NCBI GenBank assembly: GCA_000004695.1
Contig: CM000151.3
Coordinates: 8,064,001 to 8,128,000 of the forward strand
Direction of reading: 5' to 3'
DNA: 64,000 nt
Source: Dictyostelium discoideum
Lineage: Eukaryota
The first letter of the stretch is position 1; each line of letters opens with the position of its first letter. The notes under the pieces were generated by a model that was given only the letters and a program-made list of their open reading frames with translations, was not told where the DNA came from and made no database searches. Shown here piece by piece: positions 29,087 to 41,854 of this stretch. Both the position numbers and the translations under genes were made by a program.

Positions 29087-29666
29087 TTGTTAAAATTTAT
29101 GCACAAACTATTATTAATAATATTAAAAAACAAATACTTACATGTAGATGATGGATAGTTATTTGTAAAATTGTTACCAGAGAATTTATAACTAAAACTT
29201 GGTAATCCTAAGAAACATGTAAAACATGATGGTATAGTACCATTCATTAAATTATTTCTTACATATAAATCAACAGAACAGAATGAATCATCAATGGTAC
29301 CTGTTATTTTATTATCCATAATATTAATATATTTCAATTTTCCAAATAATGTTATATTGAAAACTAATGGAAATGAACCAGAGATAACATTATTTTCTAA
29401 TGTTAAAATTTCAACATTATTAAATAATGAGAAATCAAGTGTTTCAATATATCCACCTGAAAATGAAAATGATTTGAAATTCTTGTTTTTTGGTAAAATA
29501 AATGGGAATAAACCGCCGCCATATTGAAAATTTCTACCACATTTTGTAAAACTCATTGATTCAATTGAATTACCAATTGATGAAAAATCAATTATACTTG
29601 GCACACTAGAAATATAAGAATCAATCCAACTATTTCATAAATATATATTTTTAAAATGTTAGACTT

Positions 29667-29758
<92 letters not shown>

Positions 29759-30099
29759 TTATTAGAAAAATAATAAAACCTTACATCAACTTTAAATTAT
29801 CAGATCTAATTTGAGAAAATTCAAATGATGGAAATTGAATAAAATCATTTGAATGAATTGTTAAAGAGGTTATATTTTCGATTGTCGATATATTACTCCA
29901 TGAGGATTGTAAAAAATTGGGAAGTAATACCATATCAAATCGACCCTTAATAAATCTAAGCAATGGTATATTCCTTGTTATAATACTATTATCTGATTCC
30001 CATATTTTAGAACCATCCAAATCATTTTCAAAAAAAATTGAATGTGATATAAATGATAAACTAATCCATGGTGGAATATTTAATGAACTATTATATTGT

Positions 30100-30193
<94 letters not shown>

Positions 30194-30791
30194 TGTTGTT
30201 GTAGTAGTAGTAGTAGAAGTAGTTAGTAATTGTGAAATAAAACGAAATTTATTATATAATAATAATAATAATAATTATACATTACAATTGTATTAAGTTT
30301 TTTAAATATGAAAATTTAATTGTTGTTTCAATTGTTTGGCTAACAATGGATGCGTGAAAGTAATTTAATGATGGTTGTAATTGAGAGAATAGTAAATTAC
30401 TACCATACAAATTTAAAAATTCTAAATTTTGCGGTAATGCCGAATAAAGAGTGCTATTGTAAATTGTTGAATTTAGTGAAAGATCATTTAAATTTTCAAA
30501 ACATAAAAAATCATCACTAATCACATATGAATTTGATTGTCCAAGATTTAAACTATTAATTTGATTTTCATAACAACCTACAGATACAATTGGTTGACTA
30601 GTATTTTGAGTATTACAAAAATCATATTCAAGTGTTGAACTATTTTTAAAATTAACTTTTGAAATTGTACCTAAATTTATTAATAAATTTTCCATACATT
30701 CATTTTCTTTTGGACTTAATATTTGTTGTTGTGAATTTACAAAAACTATTAAAATAAATAATAAAAATAAAATTAGATAAAAGTTGAACAT
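26925..30791 (-). CDS. Type I membrane protein with LRR, EGF, IPT/TIG and TM regions, paralog B (tgr-like), carrying one extra EGF repeat. Four exons: 30791..30286, 30060..29785, 29605..29142 and 29016..26925.
   Basis: Its N-terminal half is closest to paralog A. Exon 4 (693 aa) adds an EGF module (CNPLDCNGNGICTTLTGKCQCDSNHQGDACGLP) and has a distinct TM and tail (VLPVAITVPVVACALIIALLYVIYKKRFVEARFKRQIKLLNRK). Donors are GTAATG, GTAAGG and GTAAGT. The introns are filled with (CTA)n and (ATT)n microsatellites on the coding strand. Confidence 0.7.
29023..29087. repeat. (AAT)n microsatellite in paralog B intron 3
   Basis: Direct read: aataataataat.... Confidence 0.9.
29668..29755. repeat. (AAT)n microsatellite in paralog B intron 2
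   Basis: Direct read: aataataat... about 30 units. Confidence 0.9.
30101..30236. repeat. (TAG)n microsatellite of about 40 units, with a short TTG/TAG/AAG degenerate end, inside paralog B intron 1
   Basis: Direct read: tagtagtag.... It reads (CTA)n on the gene's coding strand and lies between the GTAATG donor at 30285 and the attag acceptor at 30061. Confidence 0.9.
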
Positions 30792-31762
30792 ATTATAAAA
30801 ATAATGATAATAATTATTTTTTTTTTTTGATGACTTTTTATATTGTTGGGAAAATCTTTAAAATTTGATATTTTTTTTTTTTTATTAAGATATTTTGGGG
30901 GATTACATATAATTTGAAAAAAAAAAAAAAAATATTAAAAAAAATAATATTAAAAAAAAAAAAAAAATATCTAAAGAACCTTTGATTTGAAATTAGATTT
31001 CGATTGGTGGTTTATTTCTTTATTTTTTTTGTTTTTTTTTTTTGAAGAATTTAAATGATATTTTTCATTTATTTTGAATTACTATAAAAAATATATTACC
31101 AGTTCAATTTTGTTTTTTTTTTTTTTTTTTTTTTTTGTTTTTAGAAAACTCAAAGACTTTTTTTTAAAGAATGATGATATAATTGAAGAAGCTCCTACAA
31201 TCACCACCACCTGAGAGAAATAAGGTCTAATGAAACATTTCTTTTGCATTTTAACAGATCCTCAGATAACTTATTAATTTGAAATCAATACCAGGAAATA
31301 TTGTAAGTTTAGATAATATCATTACTTTTTGTTATTTTTATCAATTGATAAAAATTCTTCCATTGAAAATAAAAATAAAATAAAATGTAAAAAAAAAGTG
31401 AAAATAATAAAAATAAAAACAAACACAAAAGCACGAAAAACGGAGGGTTTTGTGGATTTATTTTTATTTTTATTTTTATTTTAATTTTTATTTTTTTATT
31501 TTTATTTTATTTTGTTTTTTTTTTTTGTTTAATTATTTTTTTTTTTTGGATGTTTTTACAAAATTTTCTTTGTCTTTTTTTTTTTTTTTTTTTACAAACA
31601 ATCATTTTTTACTAAAACTTTAAAAAGCCATGACCTATAAGTCTTAAAAAGAATTTTTGTTTTTCTGAAAGTTTGAAAATTATCGTTTGCAGTAACATGA
31701 TGTTTTTTTTTAATTTAATTTAATTTAATTTTTTTTTTTTTTTTTTTTTTTTTTTTGGATTT

Positions 31763-31805
<43 letters not shown>

Positions 31806-31939
31806 AATTTTTGAAAAAAAAACAAACAAACAACTTTATTTATTTATTTATAATGTAAGTATCTTTTTTTAAAATCCGTCAATAAAAATAAATCTGAATT
31901 GAAAAAATAAAACAAATTAAAGAAAACAGAAATAAGATT

Positions 31940-31974
<35 letters not shown>

Positions 31975-32118
31975 GAATTAAAATTATTTGAAAATTTTGC
32001 TTACACATAATGGTGTTGGGTGCCAGATAGGGCACTTTTTAAAATAATTTAATTTTAAAAAAAAAAATAAAATAAAAAAATAAAAAAAATATATTATATT
32101 CGACTTCAAAAAATTTCA

Positions 32119-32161
<43 letters not shown>

Positions 32162-32396
32162 CATTATATTTCATAACCCTCATAAATAATATTTATTAAT
32201 ACAAATCTTCTTTTTTTATTTTAATTAATTATTTAATAACTTGTAAAATATTATATATATTTTTTTATTTTAAATTTATTTATTTTTTAATTTTTTATTA
32301 ATTTTAATAACCCACTCCACAAAAACCCGTTTAATAATTTCACAAAAAAAAAAAAAAAAAAAAAAAAAATATTTTATTGTGTTTGCATATAAACAA

Positions 32397-32427
<31 letters not shown>

Positions 32428-32570
32428 AAAAAAAAACAATAATATTTAAGATATTTATAAAAAAAAAAAGAAAAAAAAAAACCTTCCGAATTTTATATAA
32501 AGAAAAAAAAAACAATAATATTTAGATATTTATAAAAAAAAAAAAAAAAAAAACAAATAAATTAAAGAAA

Positions 32571-33513
32571 ATGTATAATCCACCACCACCATCCGGTTCA
32601 CAAGGTAACAATAATTATTATAGACAACCATCATCCACACCCGGTGTTTCTAACCCAAATCCACAAGCTAATCAATTTTTACCACCTCCACCTTCTAATA
32701 CACAAGCTCCAAGACCAGGATTTCCACCAAGTGCTCCACCACCAAGTGCCCCAGCAGGACAATACAGTATGCCACCACCACCACAACAACAGCAACAAGC
32801 AGGACAATATGGTATGCCACCACCACCATCAGGTTCAGGTATAGGTACAGGTGTTTCATTAGTAAAAGATCAACAAATTTCATTAAGTAAAGAGGATCCA
32901 TATCTTAGAAAATTAACAGTAGGTTTAGGTTGGGATGTAAATACAACACCAAGTGCACCATTTGATTTGGATGCAGTAGTTTTTATGTTGGGTGCAAATG
33001 GTATGGTTCGTCAACCAGCAGATTTTATTTTTTATAATAACAAACAATCTAGGGATGGTTCAATCTTTCATCATGGTGATAATTTAACAGGTGCAGGTGA
33101 TGGAGACGATGAAGTCGTATCTGTAAACTTACAAGCAGTTTCACCTGACGTTACTCGTTTGGTTTTCGCCGTCACCATTCATCAACCTGAATTAAGAAGA
33201 CAAAATTTCGGTATGGTTCCAAGAGCTTTCATTCGTATTGCAAACCAAGAAACAACTAGAAATATATGTAGATACGATCTAACCAATGAAGGTGGTACAA
33301 ATACTGCTATGATTGTTGGTGAAGTTTATCGTGATCCTCAAAATCCTCAAAATTGGTCATTTATTGCTGTTGGTAAATCTTTCCCTGGTGGTTTACAATT
33401 CCTTTGTCAAATCTTTGGTGTAAGTTATATTTATTAATTAATTTTTTTTTTTTTTTTTAATTTTATTAACAATTATTTTTTTTTTATTTATTATATAGGT
33501 AAATGCGTCATAA
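32571..33513 (+). CDS. TerD-domain protein with a Pro/Gln-rich N-terminus (resembles the Dictyostelium CABP1 cAMP-binding protein family). Exons: 32571..33419 and 33499..33513.
   Basis: The N-terminus carries PPPP, QQQQ and GQY(S/G)MPPPP repeats. The C-terminus is a TerD fold ([19 protein letters not shown]...[14 protein letters not shown]...[29 protein letters not shown]...RLVFAVTIH). A GTAAGT donor at 33420 and a tatatag acceptor add a 4-aa terminal exon. Confidence 0.7.
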
Positions 33514-34023
33514 ATTTTTTAATTTTAATTTTTTCTTAGGCATTTTTGGCAAATTAGTTGGTTGGAATTTTCACTCATAATTTTGTATACAGATATTTTT
33601 TTTTATTCCACATAACACAATAAACAATCACTTTTTTTGTTCTAAAATTACACTTTTATTTTTTATTTTTTTATTTTTGTTTAACCCAATTTTTAACCTA
33701 CTCGTTAACGTGGGAAGATTTTTTTTTTCCCAAGTTTCCAATTGTTTTTAAAATTTTATTTTTTTATTTTTTATTTTTTTATTGATGCCCTTTCAACTCT
33801 AAACGATTTTTTTTAAAAATTCAAACAAATTTTAAATTGCCGAATCGTTTTTTCAAGATCTGATTAGGCAAGTTTTTTCCACCAAAAGAATAAAAAAAAT
33901 TTTTAAAAAGTTGGGCTAAAGATATTTTAAAATATTTTTTTTTTTTTTTTTTGCAGTTTTAATTTTTTATTATAATTTTATTTTATTATATATATTTTTC
34001 AAAGAGTATACCACTAAATTAAA

Positions 34024-34948
34024 ATGTTAAAATTTATTCAAAAAATTTCAAAATCAAGGTGTAATTTTTTATATATATTTTTAATTTTAATTTTAATTAA
34101 TTTTTCAAATCCAAAAGTAAATTCTCAAACATTAAATAAAAATGAATATGATTGTTTAAAGAGTTTGTTAACCAATTTGGGATCAATCAATAAAGTTAAA
34201 ATTAATGCAACATCTTTAGAATATTTATTTTGTGGTACAATGGAATTTTCATCACCAAATGTTCAAATATTTTGTAATGAAGGTTCAATTTCAAAACTAA
34301 ATGTAGGACAAGCTAATTTCACATATACAGTAACTGATGATTTTTCATGTTTTAAAAATATGACTGAATTATCAGTGGATGATATTGTTTATGATAAAGA
34401 TAAATTTTATAATTAATATCCTCCAAATGCAAAAGAATTTTCATTTGATGGCACTGATTTAGTTTATGGAACTATTTCACCAATTATTAAAAAATATAAC
34501 TCAATGTCAATACAAAAAATACCAACAATAATTAAATTTTCTTGGTATTTAAATACAACTAAAATGTAGGTATAAAATAAATTATTATTATAATTAAAAT
34601 TATTTTTTTTTTAATCATTTTTATTTTCCTATTTAAAAAAAAAAAAAAAGTCATATAGAACTCTTTAGTACCTTTTAAAGGATATTTTTTAGTTTCATTT
34701 GATAATGATCTTGATGGTTCAAAAATTTGGGATTGTTCTATTTTAATTCATTCTCTAAATGTTCCATCATTAAATTTTATTACAGGCGATATTTCTTTAA
34801 ATCTAATGTTAGATTACGATCAATCATCATGGGGAAATATTACAACTTTTGGAGGAATGAGATATATGTCTCTAAGAGCTTCAGATTTATCATCTTTTCC
34901 ATTAGAGTTTTCAAATTTAAGATCTGAAGTTTTAAAATCTATGTATGT

Positions 34949-34992
<44 letters not shown>

Positions 34993-37621
34993 GACAAAAA
35001 AAAAAAAAAAAAAAGATATATTGAAATACCATTTTTAGCAGTATCTTCAAAGATTGATTTATCATTAATAGGAAAATCATTAGAATCATTATCTTTTTTT
35101 CATCCAAATAATTTTACATTTGGCGGCTTATTTCCAATAATTTTACCATCCAATGAAGCATTTAAAAAATTGGAATTTGTTAATGGAAATATTGAAACAT
35201 TTGATTTTTCATTATTTACAAATGTTGAAACATTATCATTAGAAAGTAATTTAATGTCAAATGATTTTCCTTCAAGTTTCAATAGAACAATTCATAGAAA
35301 ATTAAAACACCTTGATATAAGTAATAATAAAATGACAGGTACAATTGATGATTCATTTTGTCAATTAGAAATCATTGTTACAAATAATTCAATGACAGGT
35401 TTAATTCCAACTTGTTTTACATGTTTCTTTGGATTACCAGAAATAAATTTAGAAAGATATTTTATTGGAAATAATTTTATAAATTTAAATACACCTTCTT
35501 CACCATGTAAGTGTTTTATTTTTTATTTTTTATTTTTTATTTTTTATTTTTTATTTTTTTTTTTTAATTTGTTTTTTTTTACTAATTCCATTTATGATAT
35601 ATATATATATTTGTATTTAAGCAATTATCATTCCAAATATAGTTTTTAATAATACTTCAATTATTGAGGGTATTCCAATAGTTTTTTATGAATATTTAAT
35701 ATTTGGTGAAAATTTAGGTGGTAGTTGGGTTCCATTTACAGCTGTCTCTGATTCTGTAGGAACACCAATGATTTTTTCAATGATTGAGTCAAATAGTTTA
35801 TTTAAAGTATTTTGCTATGGAGAGCCCAAGTTTCCTTTAAACTTATCATACAGTAAGTCTAACCCAAACTATACATTTACTTTATCATTGGGAATACCAC
35901 CAATATTAAATTTAGTAGATTGGCAATCAAGTACAACTGATTTAGTAATAGATGGTTCATTCTTTACATATAATGGTTCTATAATTAATATTACAATTGG
36001 TAATGAAAATTGTTTCGTTACAAATACAAATTTTTATCAAATTAAATGTAAACTTTCAAATGTTATAGATCAATCATTAGAGGATATTATATCATATATT
36101 ACAATTGGTAATTTTAAAACTCAATTCACTTTAAATCCAGGTGTAATAAATACAATTTTAAATTGTACTGAAAATTATAATGATTGTAATGGTAATGGTA
36201 ATTGTTTATCTGATATTGGTAAATGTAAATGTGATTCAACTCATCAAGGTGATGATTGCTCAATCCCATATATAGAATGTTTAAATGATTGTAATAATGT
36301 TGGTCAATGTAATAATCAAACTGGTATTTGTTCATGCCCAATCACTCCTTACGAATGGATTGGTATTGATTGTTCAATTCCATTACATACAATATCAGCA
36401 GTTTCACCAAGTGATACCAATGGTGGTAGTGCTTCGATTTATGGTTGGTTTAGTAATAATCATACTGATCCACAAGTTTTCATTGGTAATAAACAATGTA
36501 TACCAATTTTTAGTATATCTGAAAGTGAAATTATTTGTAAAGCACCACCAGGTACAGGTTTAAAATCAGTAAGTGTAATTCAAAATTCAATCAATGTAAC
36601 ATCAAAAGATATTTATCAATATTATTCAAATGATAAACAATGTCCAAATCATTGTACATCGACATCAAATGGTATTTGTAATACAACAACTGGATATTGT
36701 AATTGTATCGGGAGATGGAGCGGTTATGATTGTAGTTTATATTCAAATCCAAGTGGTGGCGATAATAATAGTGGAATACCAGGATCAAATACAACAATAG
36801 ATGGTAATACTGGTAATACAAACATTACAAATCAACAAACAAATTATCAAATTTTAATTACAAAATTAATAGAGATAGATTTCAATGGTAATCAAATCAA
36901 TGAATATCTTTTATTAAATAAATGGTCAATAATTTCAAATATTAGTAAAACAGTTTACACATTCATTCAATCAATTCAAAATGATATATGTAATATTACA
37001 TATACAATTGAAGAAGTTAATAAAGATAGAGATGTATCATTTGCAGGTATTAATTTTAAATTAACAAGTGGATCAGTTAAAATGACAGTATCAATTGAAA
37101 ATTATCAATATTCAAGTAATTTAAATACATTACAATTACAAATGAAATCAAGTGTAAATGAAATTCAAACAAATAATGAAATGAATGATTGTAACGATGA
37201 TCAAATTGAAATTGATAGTACACCGAACCAAGATAATTCATTAAATTATATAACAATTAAAAAAGATGCAAAAGTTTTAAATGGTAGATTTATAGACAGA
37301 ATCGAAAGTGATGGTATATCAACATTTATGCAAACTGTGTTAGTATCAAAATCAAATGATTCAATTACAGTTGGTATGAATTTACCTCATTGTACAAAGA
37401 AATGTTTATTAGATCCTGACTTCTCTGTATTGATTAGTCCTGAATTCATTGATGAATGTGATGATAATAATCGTGAGTCATGGTTTTTACCAGTTGTGAT
37501 CGCTGTTCCAGTTGGAGGTCTAGCTGCAATTATTGCTATTGTTTTCATAATTTACAAAAAAAGATTTGTTGAAGCCCCATTAAAAAGAAAATTAAAATCA
37601 CTTAGAAATTATAAAAATTAA
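34024..37621 (+). CDS. tgr-like paralog C, a near-duplicate of paralog E, with apparent disruptions. Exons are approximately 34024..34565, about 34651..34942, about 35018..35506 and 35622..37621.
   Basis: Its exon and intron sequence is about 95% identical to paralog E. Exon 1 carries an in-frame TAA at 34414-34416 (aat taa tat cct) where paralog E reads aat tca tat cct, which truncates the reading frame to 130 aa. An extra TAG at 34656 sits in the region used as the exon-2 start in paralog E. Exons 3-4 (LRR, EGF, TIG, TM) are intact. Confidence 0.5.
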
Positions 37622-37950
37622 AATTGAAAATAAAAAAAGAAATAAAAAATAAAAATATCTAACCCAGGCATCTATAAAGTATAAAAAAAAAAAAAATAGT
37701 GGAAATAAAAAAAAAAAAAAAAAAAAGGTTTATATTAGAACAGATCCGAGCTGTGTTTAAAAAAAAAAAACTTTTTAATATTCAAAAGGTTTTAAAAAAA
37801 AAAAAATGGAAAAAATCAAAAAAAAAAAGAAAAAACAATGATGATTTTTTGTTTAAAAAAAAAAAACGTCTTTCCCAAACATAGATTTGTTTTCCAATAA
37901 ATTTCAAAACTAAAAAACAAAAACCCGAAAAGACACTCTTATTTTTTTTA

Positions 37951-38010
37951 TTTAATATCTTTTAAATTTTTATTCATTACGTAATGAATAAAAATTTAAA
38001 AGATATTAAA
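37951..38010. repeat. Perfect 60-bp palindrome (30-bp arms with no spacer, centred on cattac|gtaatg)
   Basis: The arms read tttaatatcttttaaatttttattcattac | gtaatgaataaaaatttaaaagatattaaa and are exact reverse complements. Weaker inverted flanks (aaacgtctttc ... gaaaagacgttt) extend the palindrome-like region to about 37860-38060. Confidence 0.9.
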
Positions 38011-38197
38011 TAAAAAAAAATACGTAATTCAAATAAAATTTTGAAAAGACGTTTTTTTTTTTTTATTTTTGATCAATTAAATATATCATAATAATAATAA
38101 TAATAATAATATTAAATAATATTAAAAATAAATAAATAAAAATATAAAATAAAAAAAAAATAATTTTAAAAATAGTTAATTATTAAAAAAAAAGTAA

Positions 38198-39156
38198 ATG
38201 AAAAAATCTAAATCATTGATTTTTTATTTTTTTTTTATTTTTTTTTTATCTATTCAAGTAAATTCAAATGAATTAAATAAAAAAGAATATGATTGTTTGG
38301 TAAACTTTTTAACAAATTTGGGAAAAATATCAAATGTTGGTAAAAATGAAAAAACATTTGAATATGAATTTTGTAATCCCTTTTTTGTTTCATTACCAAC
38401 CGAAATAAAATGTAATCAAGGTTCAATCACTTATTTAGATACTGTTCAGTCAAATATTAGCTATATAATTAAAGATGAATTATTATGTTTTGATAATATT
38501 AATTATTTTTTACTTTCAAATATTAATTATGATAGTGCCATATTTTTCAATTCTTTCCCAAAGAGTTTAAATAAAGTTATTTTGACTGGAACGAATTTAC
38601 AATTTTCCAAAGTTACAAAAGATCTTCAAACGTTATCGATATCAATTATTTCTCAAAAAATTCCAACTACATTAAAATTTTCTTGGTTTTATAAAACTAC
38701 TCAATTGTATGTATTTATTAAATTTTTAAAAAGTTAAAAATTTGTATTAATTAAATATTAAATTGTTTTTTTGAAAAAAAAAAAAAATAAAAATAAAAAA
38801 AAAAAATAAAAAAAAAAAAAAAAATAAAAAAAAAAAAAAAAAAAAAAAATTAGTATTTTATCATCTACAAGTTTTTCAAGCAATAAAACACATTCAATAG
38901 CATTTGAAAATGATCTTAAAGATTCTGAAATTTGGGAAACTAATTACTTTAATATTATTTCATTAAATTTGCCAAAATTTAATAATGTTAAAGGATTTGT
39001 TCAAATCGAGTTAATAGAAGGATATAATCAAACTTCGTGGTCTAATATTAAAGAGATTGGGAATGTAACAAATATCTATATTAGAACAAATGATTTAACA
39101 GAATTTCCAAATGATCATCTATCAAATATCAGGTCTGATTCGATAGAGAAAATGTA

Positions 39157-39195
<39 letters not shown>

Positions 39196-41854
39196 ATATT
39201 AAATTAAACATTTAATTTTTTTTATTACTTAGAAATTTTGAAGTTCCGTTTAAATCTGTTAAAAAAATGTGCGATTTATCATCAATAGGTAAATCAATTC
39301 AAATTATTTCCTTTTCAAAATGTGGTAGAGATTTTTCATTTAATGGTTTAATGCCAATAATTTTACCAAATAACCAAGATTTTCAATATTTTTTTTTAAT
39401 TGGTGGCTATATTAAGAATTTTGATATTTTGCAATATAAAAGTGCTGAATATATTACATTAAGCAATAATTTGATGTCTGGTACCTTACCTTCAATTAAT
39501 AGTTTTAAATTCGGTAAATTAAAATATATTGATATTGGTTTTAATTTAATAACAGGTGAATTGGATGACTCATATTGTGAATTTGATATTATTGTAAACA
39601 ATAACTCAATGACTGGATTAATTCCAACCTGTTTTACATGTTTCTTTGGACTAACTGAATTAAATTTAAAATCGAGATTCATTGGTAATAATTTTACAAA
39701 TTTAGATCAACCTTCATCTCCATGTAAGTTGAAGTAGTATTTTTTAACTTTTTTTTAAAATTAAAAAGATTGAATAAATTTGAAAAAAAATTACTGACTA
39801 TATTTTATTTATAATAATAAAGCAATTATTTCACCAAATTTGATTTTCTCAAATATTGAAATATTTCAAGGTCAACCTCATTATAAATATTATATCTTTG
39901 GTGAAAATTTAGGTGGGGCTTGGATTGATGAATCAAATGCAGAGATTATTGGCTTTGATGTGAAATTTAGGGTAATAAAACCAAATAAACTAATATCACT
40001 TTACTCTCTTTCATCATTTTCTAGTATTGTAACATTTTCATATAGTAGAATAAATTCAAATTATAGATTTACTTTATCAGCAGATTTAATAACACCAAAA
40101 TTAATAAAGGTTGAATGGGTTAGTAATTCTCAAGATTTAGCTTTTGAAGGTTTTTATTTTTCCTATAATAAATCAATAATTAACATTTCAATTGGTGATG
40201 TTAATTGTCAAGTTACAAGTAGTACTTTTTATAATATTAACTGTACTCTTTTGGCACCAATAGATCTTACTTTAATTGATATTGTATCATTTATAACAGT
40301 TGGTAATTTAACAACTCAGTTCACTTTAAATCCAGGTGTTACAAATAATTTACTATATTGTATTAATGGATGTGGTGGAAATGGAATTTGTTTTTCCGAT
40401 ATTGGTAAATGTAAATGTGATTCGACTCATCAAGGTGATGATTGTTCATTACCATATATTGAATGTCCAATTAATTGTACCAATTTAAGTGTATGTAATA
40501 ATGTAACTGGTGAATGTTCATGTCCATCATTCTTAATTTGGAGCGGTATTGATTGCTCATTTCCATTACATACAATATCTGCAGTTTCACCAAGTGATAT
40601 CAATGGTGGTAGTGCTTCAATTTATGGTTGGTTTGGTAATATTCATAATGACCCACAAGTTTTCATTGGTACTAAACAATGTATACCAATTTATAATATA
40701 TCTGAAAGTGAAATTATTTGTAAAGCACCACCAGGTACAGGTTTAAAATCAGTAAGTGTAATTCAAAATTCAATCAATGTGACATCAAAAGATATTTATC
40801 AATATTATTCAAATGATAAACAATGTCCAAATCATTGTACATCGACATCAAATGGCATTTGTAATACAACAACTGGATATTGTAATTGTATTGGAAGATG
40901 GAGCGGTTATGATTGTAGTTTATATTCTAATCCAAGTGGCGGTGGCGATAATAGTGGTGGATTACCAGGATCTAATACAACAATAGATGGTAATACTGGT
41001 AATACAAATATTACACTGGTAATACAAATATTACAAATCAACACACAAATTATCAAATTTTAATTACAAAATTAATAGAGATAGATTTCAATGGTAATCA
41101 AATCAATGAATATCTATTATTAAATAAATGGTCAATAATTTCGAATATTAGTAAAACAGTTTACACATTCAATCAATCAATTCAAAATGATAAATGTAAT
41201 ATCACATATACAATTGAAGAAGTTAATAAAGATAGAGATGTATCATTTGCGGGTATTAATTTTAAATTAACAAGTGGATCAGTTAAAATGACAGTATCAA
41301 TTGAAAATTATCAATATTCAAGTAATTTAAATACATTACAATTACAAATGAAATCAAGTGTAAATGAAATTCAAATAAATCATGAAATGAATGATTGTAA
41401 CAATGATCAAATTGAAATCAATAATACACCAAATCAATATAATTCATTAAATTATATAACAATTAAAAAAGATGCAAAAGTTTTAAATGGTAGATTTATA
41501 GACAGAATCGAAAGTGATGGTATATCAACATTTATGCAAACTGTATTAGTATCAAAATCAAATGACTCAATTACAGTTGGTATGAATTTACCTCATTGTA
41601 CAAAGAAATGTTTATTAGATCCTGATTTCTCTGTATTGGTTAGTCCTGAATTCGTTGATGAATGTGATAATGATCGAAAATCCTTTTTTTTACCAGTTGT
41701 TATAGTGGTTCCTATTGTTTTTTTAATTTTAATAATTATTTTTGTAGTTATTACTATAAAAAAAAGATATGTTGAGATGTATTTATTTAAATCAAAAATA
41801 AAACAATTGGCAAACTTAAAAAATATTAAAATAAATAAAAAAACAGAATTATAA
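38198..41854 (+). pseudogene. tgr-like paralog D, frameshifted by a 20-bp tandem duplication. Exons are 38198..38706, 38854..39153, 39233..39723 and 39823..41854.
   Basis: The 20-mer ctggtaatacaaatattaca occurs twice in tandem (40996-41015 and 41016-41035) within the otherwise conserved GNTGNTNITNQQTNYQ region. The 39840..41063 ORF stops at ...NITLVIQILQINTQIIKF*. The conserved C-terminal domains then continue in another frame (41288..41854). The N-terminal half is divergent (MKKSKSLIFYFFF...). Its TM and tail match paralog E. Confidence 0.55.
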
